Of a DNA stretch of 64,000 bases, positions 46,211-61,200 are shown piece after piece. Source of the DNA: Balanoglossus misakiensis (lineage: Eukaryota > Animalia > Hemichordata); assembly GCA_040954595.2 (NCBI GenBank), contig CM082580.2:5322783-5386782 (forward strand), in the 5' to 3' direction. Numbering within the stretch: the first letter of the stretch is position 1; each line of letters opens with the position of its first letter. The notes under the pieces were generated by a model. That model saw only the letters and a program-made list of their open reading frames with translations. It did not search any database and had not been told where the DNA came from. The position numbers and the translations under genes were made by a program.

Positions 46211-49200
46211 TTGATTATTTTCATGAGCTATAACCCATGATTTTTTGTGAAAAATGGCCAAATTTTGAAAACTCGTAAAATCGAAAAAGTGTCATTTTTT
46301 GATGATTTTCATGAGCTATAACCTATGATTTTTTGTGAAAAATGGCCAAATTTTGAAAATTCGCAAAGTCGAAAAACTGTCATTTTTTGATGATTTTCAT
46401 GAGCTATAACCTATGATTTTTTGTGAAAAATGGCCAAATTTTGAAAATTCGCAAAGTCCAAAAACTGTCATTTTTTGATGATTTTCATGAGCTATAACCC
46501 ATGATTTTTGTGAAAAATGGCCAAATTTCGAAAATTCGCAAAGTCGAAAAACTGTCATTTTTTGATGATTTTCGTAAGCTATAACCCACGATTTTTTGTG
46601 AAAACTGGCCAAATTTTGAAAACTCGCAAAGTCGAAAAATTGTAAATTTTTTATGATTTTCATGAGCTATAACCCATGATTTTTTGTGAAAAATGGCCAA
46701 ATTTTGAAAATTCGCAAAGTCGAAAAACTGTCATTTTTTGATGATTTTCATGAGCTATAACCTATGATTTTTTGTGAAAAATGGCCAAATTTTGAAAATT
46801 CGCAAAGTCCAAAAACTGTCATTTTTTGATGATTTTCATGAGCTATAACCCATGATTTTTGTGAAAAATGGCCAAATTTCGAAAATTCGCAAAGTCGAAA
46901 AACTGTCATTTTTTGATGATTTTCGTAAGCTATAACCCACGATTTTTTGTGAAAACTGGCCAAATTTTGAAAACTCGCAAAGTCGAAAAATTGTAAATTT
47001 TTTATGATTTTCATGAGCTATAACCCATGATTTTTTGTGAAAAATGGCCAAATTTTGAAAATTCGCAAAGTCGAAAAACTGTCATTTTTTGATGATTTTC
47101 ATGAGCTATAACCCATGATTTTTGTGAAAAATGGCCAAATTTTGAAAATTCGCAAAGTCGAAAAATTGTCATTTTCTGATGATTTTCATGAGCTATAACC
47201 CATGATTTTTTGTGAAAAATGGCCAAATTTTGAAAATTCGCAAAGTCGAAAAATTGTCATTTTTTGATGATTTTCATGAGCTATATATAAGCCATGATTT
47301 TTGTGAAAAATGGCCAAATTTTGAAAATTCGCAAAGTCGAAAAACTGTCATTTTTTGACGATTTTCATGAGCTATAACCCATGATTTTTGTGAAAAATGG
47401 CCAAATTTTGAAAATTCGCAAAGTCGAAAAATTGTCATTTTTTGATGATTTCCATGAGCTATAACCCATGATTTTTTGTGAAAAATGGCCAAATTTTGAA
47501 AATTCGCAAAGTCCAAAAACTGTCATTTTTTGATGATTTTCATGAGCTATAACCCATGATTTTTTGTGAAAAATGGCCAAATTTTGGAAAATCGGAAAGT
47601 CGAAAAATTGTCATTTTTTGATGATTTTCATGAGCTATAACCCATGATTTTTGTGAAAAATGGCCAAATTTTGAAAATTTGCAAAGTCGAAAAATTGTCA
47701 TTTTTTGATGATTTTCATGAGCTATAACCCATGATTTTTGTGAAAAATAGCCAAATTTTGAAAATTCGCAAAGTCGAAAAACTGTCATTTTTTGATGATT
47801 TTCATGAGCTATAACCCATGATTTTTGTGAAAAATGGCCAAATTTTGAAAATTCGCAAAGTCAAAAAATTGTCATTTTTTCATGATTTTCATGAGCTATA
47901 ACCCATGATTTTTTGTGAAAAATGGCCAAATTTTGAAAATTCGCAAAGTCGAAAAACTGTCATTTTTTGATGATTTTCATGAGCTATAACCCATGATTTT
48001 TTGTGAAAAATGGCCAAATTTTGGAAAATCGGAAAGTCGAAAAATTGTCATATTTTGATGATTTTCATGAGCTATAACCCATGATTTTTGTGAAAAATGG
48101 CCAAATTTTGAAAATTCGCAAAGTCGAAAAATTGTCATTTTTTGATGATTTTCATGAGCTATAACCCATGATTTTTGTGAAAAATGGCCAAATTTTGAAA
48201 ATTCGAAAAGTCGAAAAACTGTCATTTTTTGATGATTTTCCTGAGCTATAACCCATGATTTTTGTGAAAAATGGCCAAATTTTGAAAATTTGCAAAGTCG
48301 AAAAATTGTCATTTTCTGATGATTTTCATGAGCTATAACCCATGATTTTTGTGAAAAATGGCCAAATTTTGAAAATTCGCAAAGTCGAAAAACTGTCATT
48401 TTTTGATGATTTTCATGAGCTATAACCCATGATTTTTGTGAAAAATGGCCAAATTTTGAAAATTCGCAAAGTCGAAAAATTGTCATTTTTTGATGATTTT
48501 CATGAGCTATAACCCATGATTTTTGTGAAAAATGGCCAAATTTTGAAAATTCGCAAAGTCGAAAAACTGTCATTTTTTGATGATTTTCCTGAGCTATAAC
48601 CCATGATTTTTGTGAAAAATGGCCAAATTTTGAAAATTTGCAAAGTCGAAAAATTGTCATTTTCTGATGATTTTCATGAGCTATAACCCATGATTTTTGT
48701 GAAAAATGGCCAAATTTTGAAAATTCGCAAAGTCGAAAAACTGTCATTTTTTGATGATTTTCATGAGCTATAACCCATGATTTTTTGTGAAAAATGGCCA
48801 AATTTTGAAAACTCGCAAAGTCGAAAAATTGTCATTTTTTGATGATTTTCATGAGCTATAACCCATGATTTTTTGTGAAAAATGGCCAAATTTTGAAAAT
48901 TCGCAAAGTCGAAAAAGTGTCATTTTTTGATGATTTTCATGAGCTATAACCCATGATTTTTGTAAAAAATGGCCAAATTTTGAAAATTCGCAAAGTCGAA
49001 AAATTGTCATTTTTTGATGATTTTCATGAGCTACAACCCATGATTTTTGTAAAAAATGGCCAAATTTTGAAAATTCGCAAAGTCGAAAAATTGTCATTTT
49101 TGATGATTTTCATGAGCTATAACCCATGATTTTTGTGAAAAATGGCCAAATTTTGAAAATTCGCAAAGTCGAAAAATTGTCATTTCCTGATGATTTTCAT

Positions 49201-52200
49201 GAGCTATGACCCATGATTTTTTGTGAAAAATGGCCAAATTTTGAAAATTCGCAAAGTCGAAAAATTGTCATTTTTTGATGATTTTCATGAGCTATAACCC
49301 ATGATTTTTGTGAAAAATGGCCAAATTTTGAAAATTCGCAAAGTCGAAAAATTGTCATTTTTTGATGATTTTCATGAGCTATAACCCATGATTTTTTGTG
49401 AAAAATGGCCAAATTTTGAAAATTCGCAAAGTCGAAAAATTGTCATTTTTTGATGATTTTCATTAGCTACAACCCATGATTTTTGTAAAAAATGGCCAAA
49501 TTTTGAAAATTCGCAAAGTCGAAAAATTGTCATTTTTGATGATTTTCATGAGCTATAACCCATGATCTTTGTGAAAAATGGCCAAATTTTGAAAATTCGC
49601 AAAGTCGAAAAATTGTCATTTCCTGATGATTTTCATGAGCTATAACCCATGATTTTTTGTGAAAAATGGCCAAATTTTGAAAATTCGCAAAGTCGAAAAA
49701 TTTTCATTTTTTGATGATTTTCATGAGCTATAACCCATGATTTTTGTGAAAAATGGCCAAATTTTGAAAATTCGCAAAGTCGAAAAACTGTCATTTTTTG
49801 ATGATTTTCATGAGCTATAACCCATGTTTTTTGTGAAAAATGGCCAAATTTTGAAAATTCGCAAAGTCGAAAAATGTCATTTTTTGATGATTTTCATGAA
49901 CTATAACCCATGATTTTTGTGAAAAATGGCCAAATTTTGAAAATTCGCAAAGTCGAATAATTGTCACTATTTGATGATTTTCATGAGCTATAACCCATGA
50001 TTTTTTGTGAAAAATGGCCAAATTTTGAAAACTCGCAAAGTCGAAAAATTGTAAATTTTTTATGATTTTCATGAGCTATAACCCATGATTTTTTGTGAAA
50101 AATGGCCAAATTTTGAAAATTCGCAAAGTCGAAAAACTGTCATTTTTTGATGATTTTCATGAGCTATAACCCATGATTTTTGTGAAAAATGGCCAAATTT
50201 TGAAAATTCGCAAAGTCGAAAAATTGTCATTTTCTGATGATTTTCATGAGCTATAACCCATGATTTTTTGTGAAAAATGGCCAAATTTTGAAAATTCGCA
50301 AAGTCGAAAAATTGTCATTTTTTGATGATTTTCATGAGCTATATATAAGCCATGATTTTTGTGAAAAATGGCCAAATTTTGAAAATTCGCAAAGTCGAAA
50401 AACTGTCATTTTTTGACGATTTTCATGAGCTATAACCCATGATTTTTGTGAAAAATGGCCAAATTTTGAAAATTCGCAAAGTCGAAAAATTGTCATTTTT
50501 TGATGATTTCCATGAGCTATAACCCATGATTTTTTGTGAAAAATGGCCAAATTTTGAAAATTCGCAAAGTCCAAAAACTGTCATTTTTTGATGATTTTCA
50601 TGAGCTATAACCCATGATTTTTTGTGAAAAATGGCCAAATTTTGGAAAATCGGAAAGTCGAAAAATTGTCATTTTTTGATGATTTTCATGAGCTATAACC
50701 CATGATTTTTGTGAAAAATGGCCAAATTTTGAAAATTTGCAAAGTCGAAAAATTGTCATTTTTTGATGATTTTCATGAGCTATAACCCATGATTTTTGTG
50801 AAAAATAGCCAAATTTTGAAAATTCGCAAAGTCGAAAAACTGTCATTTTTTGATGATTTTCATGAGCTATAACCCATGATTTTTGTGAAAAATGGCCAAA
50901 TTTTGAAAATTCGCAAAGTCAAAAAATTGTCATTTTTTCATGATTTTCATGAGCTATAACCCATGATTTTTTGTGAAAAATGGCCAAATTTTGAAAATTC
51001 GCAAAGTCGAAAAACTGTCATTTTTTGATGATTTTCATGAGCTATAACCCATGATTTTTTGTGAAAAATGGCCAAATTTTGGAAAATCGGAAAGTCGAAA
51101 AATTGTCATATTTTGATGATTTTCATGAGCTATAACCCATGATTTTTGTGAAAAATGGCCAAATTTTGAAAATTCGCAAAGTCGAAAAATTGTCATTTTT
51201 TGATGATTTTCATGAGCTATAACCCATGATTTTTGTGAAAAATGGCCAAATTTTGAAAATTCGAAAAGTCGAAAAACTGTCATTTTTTGATGATTTTCCT
51301 GAGCTATAACCCATGATTTTTGTGAAAAATGGCCAAATTTTGAAAATTTGCAAAGTCGAAAAATTGTCATTTTCTGATGATTTTCATGAGCTATAACCCA
51401 TGATTTTTGTGAAAAATGGCCAAATTTTGAAAATTCGCAAAGTCGAAAAACTGTCATTTTTTGATGATTTTCATGAGCTATAACCCATGATTTTTGTGAA
51501 AAATGGCCAAATTTTGAAAATTCGCAAAGTCGAAAAATTGTCATTTTTTGATGATTTTCATGAGCTATAACCCATGATTTTTGTGAAAAATGGCCAAATT
51601 TTGAAAATTCGCAAAGTCGAAAAACTGTCATTTTTTGATGATTTTCCTGAGCTATAACCCATGATTTTTGTGAAAAATGGCCAAATTTTGAAAATTTGCA
51701 AAGTCGAAAAATTGTCATTTTCTGATGATTTTCATGAGCTATAACCCATGATTTTTGTGAAAAATGGCCAAATTTTGAAAATTCGCAAAGTCGAAAAACT
51801 GTCATTTTTTGATGATTTTCATGAGCTATAACCCATGATTTTTTGTGAAAAATGGCCAAATTTTGAAAACTCGCAAAGTCGAAAAATTGTCATTTTTTGA
51901 TGATTTTCATGAGCTATAACCCATGATTTTTTGTGAAAAATGGCCAAATTTTGAAAATTCGCAAAGTCGAAAAAGTGTCATTTTTTGATGATTTTCATGA
52001 GCTATAACCCATGATTTTTGTAAAAAATGGCCAAATTTTGAAAATTCGCAAAGTCGAAAAATTGTCATTTTTTGATGATTTTCATGAGCTACAACCCATG
52101 ATTTTTGTAAAAAATGGCCAAATTTTGAAAATTCGCAAAGTCGAAAAATTGTCATTTTTGATGATTTTCATGAGCTATAACCCATGATTTTTGTGAAAAA

Positions 52201-55200
52201 TGGCCAAATTTTGAAAATTCGCAAAGTCGAAAAATTGTCATTTCCTGATGATTTTCATGAGCTATGACCCATGATTTTTTGTGAAAAATGGCCAAATTTT
52301 GAAAATTCGCAAAGTCGAAAAATTGTCATTTTTTGATGATTTTCATGAGCTATAACCCATGATTTTTGTGAAAAATGGCCAAATTTTGAAAATTCGCAAA
52401 GTCGAAAAATTGTCATTTTTTGATGATTTTCATGAGCTATAACCCATGATTTTTTGTGAAAAATGGCCAAATTTTGAAAATTCGCAAAGTCGAAAAATTG
52501 TCATTTTTTGATGATTTTCATTAGCTACAACCCATGATTTTTGTAAAAAATGGCCAAATTTTGAAAATTCGCAAAGTCGAAAAATTGTCATTTTTGATGA
52601 TTTTCATGAGCTATAACCCATGATCTTTGTGAAAAATGGCCAAATTTTGAAAATTCGCAAAGTCGAAAAATTGTCATTTCCTGATGATTTTCATGAGCTA
52701 TAACCCATGATTTTTTGTGAAAAATGGCCAAATTTTGAAAATTCGCAAAGTCGAAAAATTTTCATTTTTTGATGATTTTCATGAGCTATAACCCATGATT
52801 TTTGTGAAAAATGGCCAAATTTTGAAAATTCGCAAAGTCGAATAATTGTCACTATTTGATGATTTTCATGAGCTATAACCCATGATTTTTTGTGAAAAAT
52901 GGCCAAATTTTGAAAACTCGCAAAGTCGAAAATTTGTCATTTTTTGATGATTTTCATGAGCTATAACCCATGATTTTTGTGAAAAATGGCCAAATTTTGA
53001 AAATTCGCAAAGTCGAAAAATTGTCATTTTTTGATGATTTTCATGAGCTATAACCCATGATTTTTGTGAAAAATGGCCAAATTTTGAAAATTCGCAAAGT
53101 CGAAAAATTGTCATTTTTTGATGATTTTCATGAGCTATAACCCATGATTTTTGTGAAAAATTGCCAAATTTTGAAAATTCGCAAAGTCGAAAAACTGTCA
53201 TTTTTTGATGATTTTCATGAGCTATAACCCATGATTTTTGTAAAAAATGGCCAAATTTTGAAAATTCGCAAAGTCGAAAAATTGTCATTTTTTGATGATT
53301 TCCATGAGCTATAACCCATGATTTTTTGTGGAAAATGGCCAAATTTTGGAAAATCGGAAAGTCGAAAAACTGTCATTTTTTGATGATTTTCATGAGCTAT
53401 AACCCCTTGATTTTTGTAAAAAATGGCCAAATTTTGAAAATTCGCAAAGTCGAAAAATTGTCATTTTTTGATGATTTTCATGAGCTATAACCCATGATTT
53501 TTGTGAAAAATGGCCAAATTTTGAAAATTCGCAAAGTCGAAAAACTGTCATTGTTTGATGATTTTCCTGAGCTATAACCCATGATTTTTGTGAAAAATGG
53601 CCAAATTTTGAAAATTTGCAAAGTCGAAAAATTGTCATTTTTTGATGATTTTCATGAGCTATAACCCATGATTTTTGTGAAAAATGGCCAAATTTTGAAA
53701 ATTCGCAAAGTCGAAAAATGTCATTTTTTGATGATTTTCATGAGCTATAACCCATGATTTTTGTGAAAAATGGCCAAATTTTGAAAATTCGCAAATCGAA
53801 AAATGTCATTTTTTGATGATTTTCATGAGCTATAACCCATGATTTTTTGTGAAAAATGGCCAAATTTTGAAAACTCGCAAAGTCGAAATATTGTCATTTT
53901 TTGATGTTTTTCATGAGCTATAACCCATGATTTTTTGTGAAAAATGGCCAAATTTTGAAAACTCGCAAAGTCGAAAAATTGTCATTTTTTGATGATTTTC
54001 ATGAGCTATAACCCATGATTTTTTGTGAAAAATGGCCAAATTTTGAAAATTCGCAAAGTCGAAAAAGTGTCATTTTTTGATGATTTTCATGAGCTATAAC
54101 CCATGATTTTTGTAAAAAATGGCCAAATTTTGAAAATTCGCAAAGTCGAAAAATTGCCATTTTCTGATGATTTTCATGAGCTATAACCCATGATTTTTTG
54201 TGAAAAATGGCCAAATTTTGAAAATTCGCAAAGTCAAAAAATTGTCATTTTTTCATGATTTTCATTAGCTATAACCCATGATTTTTTGTGAAAAATGGCC
54301 AAATTTTGGAAAATCGGAAAGTCGAAAAACTGTCATTTTTTGATGATTTTCATGAGCTATAACCCATGATTTTTTGTGAAAAATGGCCAAATTTTGGAAA
54401 ATCGGAAAGTCGAAAAATTGTCATATTTTGATGATTTTCATGAGCTATAACCCATGATTTTTGTGAAAAATGGCCAAATTTTGAAAATTCGCAAAGTCGA
54501 AAAATTGTCATTTTTTGATAATTTTCATGAGCTATAACCCATGATTTTTGTGAAAAATGGCCAAATTTTGAAAATTCGCAAAGTCGAAAAACTGTCATTT
54601 TTTGATGATTTTCCTGAGCTATAACCCATGATTTTTGTGAAAAATGGCCAAATTTTGAAAATTTGCAAAGTCGAAAAATTGTCATTTTCTGATGATTTTC
54701 ATGAGCTATAACCCATGATTTTTGTGAAAAATGGCCAAATTTTGAAAATTCGCAAAGTCGAAAAACTGTCATTTTTTGATGATTTTCCTGAGCTATAACC
54801 CATGATTTTTGTGAAAAATGGCCAAATTTTGAAAATTTGCAAAGTCGAAAAATTGTCATTTTCTGATGATTTTCATGAGCTATAACCCATGATTTTTGTG
54901 AAAAATGGCCAAATTTTGAAAATTCGCAAAGTCGAAAAACTGTCATTTTTTGATGATTTTCATGAGCTATAACCCATGATTTTTTGTGAAAAATGGCCAA
55001 ATTTTGAAAACTCGCAAAGTCGAAAAATTGTCATTTTTTGATGATTTTCATGAGCTATAACCCATGATTTTTTGTGAAAAATGGCCAAATTTTGAAAATT
55101 CGCAAAGTCGAAAAACTGTCATTTTTTGATGATTTTCATGAGCTATAACCTATGATTTTTTGTGAAAAATGGCCAAATTTTGAAAATTCGCAAAGTCCAA

Positions 55201-58200
55201 AAACTGTCATTTTTTGATGATTTTCATGAGCTATAACCCATGATTTTTGTGAAAAATGGCCAAATTTCGAAAATTCGCAAAGTCGAAAAACTGTCATTTT
55301 TTGATGATTTTCGTAAGCTATAACCCACGATTTTTTGTGAAAACTGGCCAAATTTTGAAAACTCGCAAAGTCGAAAAATTGTAAATTTTTTATGATTTTC
55401 ATGAGCTATAACCCATGATTTTTTGTGAAAAATGGCCAAATTTTGAAAATTCGCAAAGTCGAAAAACTGTCATTTTTTGATGATTTTCATGAGCTATAAC
55501 CCATGATTTTTGTGAAAAATGGCCAAATTTTGAAAATTCGCAAAGTCGAAAAATTGTCATTTTCTGATGATTTTCATGAGCTATAACCCATGATTTTTTG
55601 TGAAAAATGGCCAAATTTTGAAAATTCGCAAAGTCGAAAAATTGTCATTTTTTGATGATTTTCATGAGCTATATATAAGCCATGATTTTTGTGAAAAATG
55701 GCCAAATTTTGAAAATTCGCAAAGTCGAAAAACTGTCATTTTTTGACGATTTTCATGAGCTATAACCCATGATTTTTGTGAAAAATGGCCAAATTTTGAA
55801 AATTCGCAAAGTCGAAAAATTGTCATTTTTTGATGATTTCCATGAGCTATAACCCATGATTTTTTGTGAAAAATGGCCAAATTTTGAAAATTCGCAAAGT
55901 CCAAAAACTGTCATTTTTTGATGATTTTCATGAGCTATAACCCATGATTTTTTGTGAAAAATGGCCAAATTTTGGAAAATCGGAAAGTCGAAAAATTGTC
56001 ATTTTTTGATGATTTTCATGAGCTATAACCCATGATTTTTGTGAAAAATGGCCAAATTTTGAAAATTTGCAAAGTCGAAAAATTGTCATTTTTTGATGAT
56101 TTTCATGAGCTATAACCCATGATTTTTGTGAAAAATAGCCAAATTTTGAAAATTCGCAAAGTCGAAAAACTGTCATTTTTTGATGATTTTCATGAGCTAT
56201 AACCCATGATTTTTGTGAAAAATGGCCAAATTTTGAAAATTCGCAAAGTCAAAAAATTGTCATTTTTTCATGATTTTCATGAGCTATAACCCATGATTTT
56301 TTGTGAAAAATGGCCAAATTTTGAAAATTCGCAAAGTCGAAAAACTGTCATTTTTTGATGATTTTCATGAGCTATAACCCATGATTTTTTGTGAAAAATG
56401 GCCAAATTTTGGAAAATCGGAAAGTCGAAAAATTGTCATATTTTGATGATTTTCATGAGCTATAACCCATGATTTTTGTGAAAAATGGCCAAATTTTGAA
56501 AATTCGCAAAGTCGAAAAATTGTCATTTTTTGATGATTTTCATGAGCTATAACCCATGATTTTTGTGAAAAATGGCCAAATTTTGAAAATTCGAAAAGTC
56601 GAAAAACTGTCATTTTTTGATGATTTTCCTGAGCTATAACCCATGATTTTTGTGAAAAATGGCCAAATTTTGAAAATTTGCAAAGTCGAAAAATTGTCAT
56701 TTTCTGATGATTTTCATGAGCTATAACCCATGATTTTTGTGAAAAATGGCCAAATTTTGAAAATTCGCAAAGTCGAAAAACTGTCATTTTTTGATGATTT
56801 TCATGAGCTATAACCCATGATTTTTGTGAAAAATGGCCAAATTTTGAAAATTCGCAAAGTCGAAAAATTGTCATTTTTTGATGATTTTCATGAGCTATAA
56901 CCCATGATTTTTGTGAAAAATGGCCAAATTTTGAAAATTCGCAAAGTCGAAAAACTGTCATTTTTTGATGATTTTCCTGAGCTATAACCCATGATTTTTG
57001 TGAAAAATGGCCAAATTTTGAAAATTTGCAAAGTCGAAAAATTGTCATTTTCTGATGATTTTCATGAGCTATAACCCATGATTTTTGTGAAAAATGGCCA
57101 AATTTTGAAAATTCGCAAAGTCGAAAAACTGTCATTTTTTGATGATTTTCATGAGCTATAACCCATGATTTTTTGTGAAAAATGGCCAAATTTTGAAAAC
57201 TCGCAAAGTCGAAAAATTGTCATTTTTTGATGATTTTCATGAGCTATAACCCATGATTTTTTGTGAAAAATGGCCAAATTTTGAAAATTCGCAAAGTCGA
57301 AAAAGTGTCATTTTTTGATGATTTTCATGAGCTATAACCCATGATTTTTGTAAAAAATGGCCAAATTTTGAAAATTCGCAAAGTCGAAAAATTGTCATTT
57401 TTTGATGATTTTCATGAGCTACAACCCATGATTTTTGTAAAAAATGGCCAAATTTTGAAAATTCGCAAAGTCGAAAAATTGTCATTTTTGATGATTTTCA
57501 TGAGCTATAACCCATGATTTTTGTGAAAAATGGCCAAATTTTGAAAATTCGCAAAGTCGAAAAATTGTCATTTCCTGATGATTTTCATGAGCTATGACCC
57601 ATGATTTTTTGTGAAAAATGGCCAAATTTTGAAAATTCGCAAAGTCGAAAAATTGTCATTTTTTGATGATTTTCATGAGCTATAACCCATGATTTTTGTG
57701 AAAAATGGCCAAATTTTGAAAATTCGCAAAGTCGAAAAATTGTCATTTTTTGATGATTTTCATGAGCTATAACCCATGATTTTTTGTGAAAAATGGCCAA
57801 ATTTTGAAAATTCGCAAAGTCGAAAAATTGTCATTTTTTGATGATTTTCATGAGCTATAACCCATGATTTTTGTGAAAAATGGCCAAATTTTGAAAATTC
57901 GCAAAGTCGAAAAACTGTCATTTTTTGATGATTTTCCTGAGCTATAACCCATGATTTTTGTGAAAAATGGCCAAATTTTGAAAATTTGCAAAGTCGAAAA
58001 ATTGTCATTTTCTGATGATTTTCATGAGCTATAACCCATGATTTTTGTGAAAAATGGCCAAATTTTGAAAATTCGCAAAGTCGAAAAACTGTCATTTTTT
58101 GATGATTTTCATGAGCTATAACCCATGATTTTTTGTGAAAAATGGCCAAATTTTGAAAACTCGCAAAGTCGAAAAATTGTCATTTTTTGATGATTTTCAT

Positions 58201-61200
58201 GAGCTATAACCCATGATTTTTTGTGAAAAATGGCCAAATTTTGAAAATTCGCAAAGTCGAAAAAGTGTCATTTTTTGATGATTTTCATGAGCTATAACCC
58301 ATGATTTTTGTAAAAAATGGCCAAATTTTGAAAATTCGCAAAGTCGAAAAATTGTCATTTTTTGATGATTTTCATGAGCTACAACCCATGATTTTTGTAA
58401 AAAATGGCCAAATTTTGAAAATTCGCAAAGTCGAAAAATTGTCATTTTTGATGATTTTCATGAGCTATAACCCATGATTTTTGTGAAAAATGGCCAAATT
58501 TTGAAAATTCGCAAAGTCGAAAAATTGTCATTTCCTGATGATTTTCATGAGCTATGACCCATGATTTTTTGTGAAAAATGGCCAAATTTTGAAAATTCGC
58601 AAAGTCGAAAAATTGTCATTTTTTGATGATTTTCATGAGCTATAACCCATGATTTTTGTGAAAAATGGCCAAATTTTGAAAATTCGCAAAGTCGAAAAAT
58701 TGTCATTTTTTGATGATTTTCATGAGCTATAACCCATGATTTTTTGTGAAAAATGGCCAAATTTTGAAAATTCGCAAAGTCGAAAAATTGTCATTTTTTG
58801 ATGATTTTCATTAGCTACAACCCATGATTTTTGTAAAAAATGGCCAAATTTTGAAAATTCGCAAAGTCGAAAAATTGTCATTTTTGATGATTTTCATGAG
58901 CTATAACCCATGATTTTTGTGAAAAATGGCCAAATTTTGAAAATTCGCAAAGTCGAAAAATTGTCATTTCCTGATGATTTTCATGAGCTATAACCCATGA
59001 TTTTTTGTGAAAAATGGCCAAATTTTGAAAATTCGCAAAGTCGAAAAATTGTCATTTTTTGATGATTTTCATGAGCTATAACCCATGATTTTTGTGAAAA
59101 ATGGCCAAATTTTGAAAATTCGCAAAGTCGAAAAACTGTCATTTTTTGATGATTTTCATGAGCTATAACCCATGTTTTTTGTGAAAAATGGCCAAATTTT
59201 GAAAATTCGCAAAGTCGAAAAATGTCATTTTTTGATGATTTTCATGAACTATAACCCATGATTTTTGTGAAAAATGGCCAAATTTTGAAAATTCGCAAAG
59301 TCGAATAATTGTCACTATTTGATGATTTTCATGAGCTATAACCCATGATTTTTTGTGAAAAATGGCCAAATTTTGAAAACTCGCAAAGTCGAAAATTTGT
59401 CATTTTTTGATGATTTTCATGAGCTATAACCCATGATTTTTGTGAAAAATGGCCAAATTTTGAAAATTCGCAAAGTCGAAAAATTGTCATTTTTTGATGA
59501 TTTTCATGAGCTATAACCCATGATTTTTGTGAAAAATGGCCAAATTTTGAAAATTCGCAAAGTCGAAAAATTGTCATTTTTTGATGATTTTCATGAGCTA
59601 TAACCCATGATTTTTGTGAAAAATTGCCAAATTTTGAAAATTCGCAAAGTCGAAAAACTGTCATTTTTTGATGATTTTCATGAGCTATAACCCATGATTT
59701 TTGTAAAAAATGGCCAAATTTTGAAAATTCGCAAAGTCGAAAAATTGTCATTTTTTGATGATTTCCATGAGCTATAACCCATGATTTTTTGTGGAAAATG
59801 GCCAAATTTTGGAAAATCGGAAAGTCGAAAAACTGTCATTTTTTGATGATTTTCATGAGCTATAACCCCTTGATTTTTGTAAAAAATGGCCAAATTTTGA
59901 AAATTCGCAAAGTCGAAAAATTGTCATTTTTTGATGATTTTCATGAGCTATAACCCATGATTTTTGTGAAAAATGGCCAAATTTTGAAAATTCGCAAAGT
60001 CGAAAAACTGTCATTGTTTGATGATTTTCCTGAGCTATAACCCATGATTTTTGTGAAAAATGGCCAAATTTTGAAAATTTGCAAAGTCGAAAAATTGTCA
60101 TTTTTTGATGATTTTCATGAGCTATAACCCATGATTTTTGTGAAAAATGGCCAAATTTTGAAAATTCGCAAAGTCGAAAAATGTCATTTTTTGATGATTT
60201 TCATGAGCTATAACCCATGATTTTTGTGAAAAATGGCCAAATTTTGAAAATTCGCAAATCGAAAAATGTCATTTTTTGATGATTTTCATGAGCTATAACC
60301 CATGATTTTTTGTGAAAAATGGCCAAATTTTGAAAACTCGCAAAGTCGAAATATTGTCATTTTTTGATGTTTTTCATGAGCTATAACCCATGATTTTTTG
60401 TGAAAAATGGCCAAATTTTGAAAACTCGCAAAGTCGAAAAATTGTCATTTTTTGATGATTTTCATGAGCTATAACCCATGATTTTTTGTGAAAAATGGCC
60501 AAATTTTGAAAATTCGCAAAGTCGAAAAAGTGTCATTTTTTGATGATTTTCATGAGCTATAACCCATGATTTTTGTAAAAAATGGCCAAATTTTGAAAAT
60601 TCGCAAAGTCGAAAAATTGCCATTTTCTGATGATTTTCATGAGCTATAACCCATGATTTTTTGTGAAAAATGGCCAAATTTTGAAAATTCGCAAAGTCAA
60701 AAAATTGTCATTTTTTCATGATTTTCATTAGCTATAACCCATGATTTTTTGTGAAAAATGGCCAAATTTTGGAAAATCGGAAAGTCGAAAAACTGTCATT
60801 TTTTGATGATTTTCATGAGCTATAACCCATGATTTTTTGTGAAAAATGGCCAAATTTTGGAAAATCGGAAAGTCGAAAAATTGTCATATTTTGATGATTT
60901 TCATGAGCTATAACCCATGATTTTTGTGAAAAATGGCCAAATTTTGAAAATTCGCAAAGTCGAAAAATTGTCATTTTTTGATAATTTTCATGAGCTATAA
61001 CCCATGATTTTTGTGAAAAATGGCCAAATTTTGAAAATTCGCAAAGTCGAAAAACTGTCATTTTTTGATGATTTTCCTGAGCTATAACCCATGATTTTTG
61101 TGAAAAATGGCCAAATTTTGAAAATTTGCAAAGTCGAAAAATTGTCATTTTCTGATGATTTTCATGAGCTATAACCCATGATTTTTGTGAAAAATGGCCA

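Noticed and set aside
46355-46380. CENP-B box-like motif (aTTCGcaaagtCGaaaa) in the monomer
   Set aside because: The spacing is one base short of TTCGnnnnAnnCGGG and the GGG is absent.
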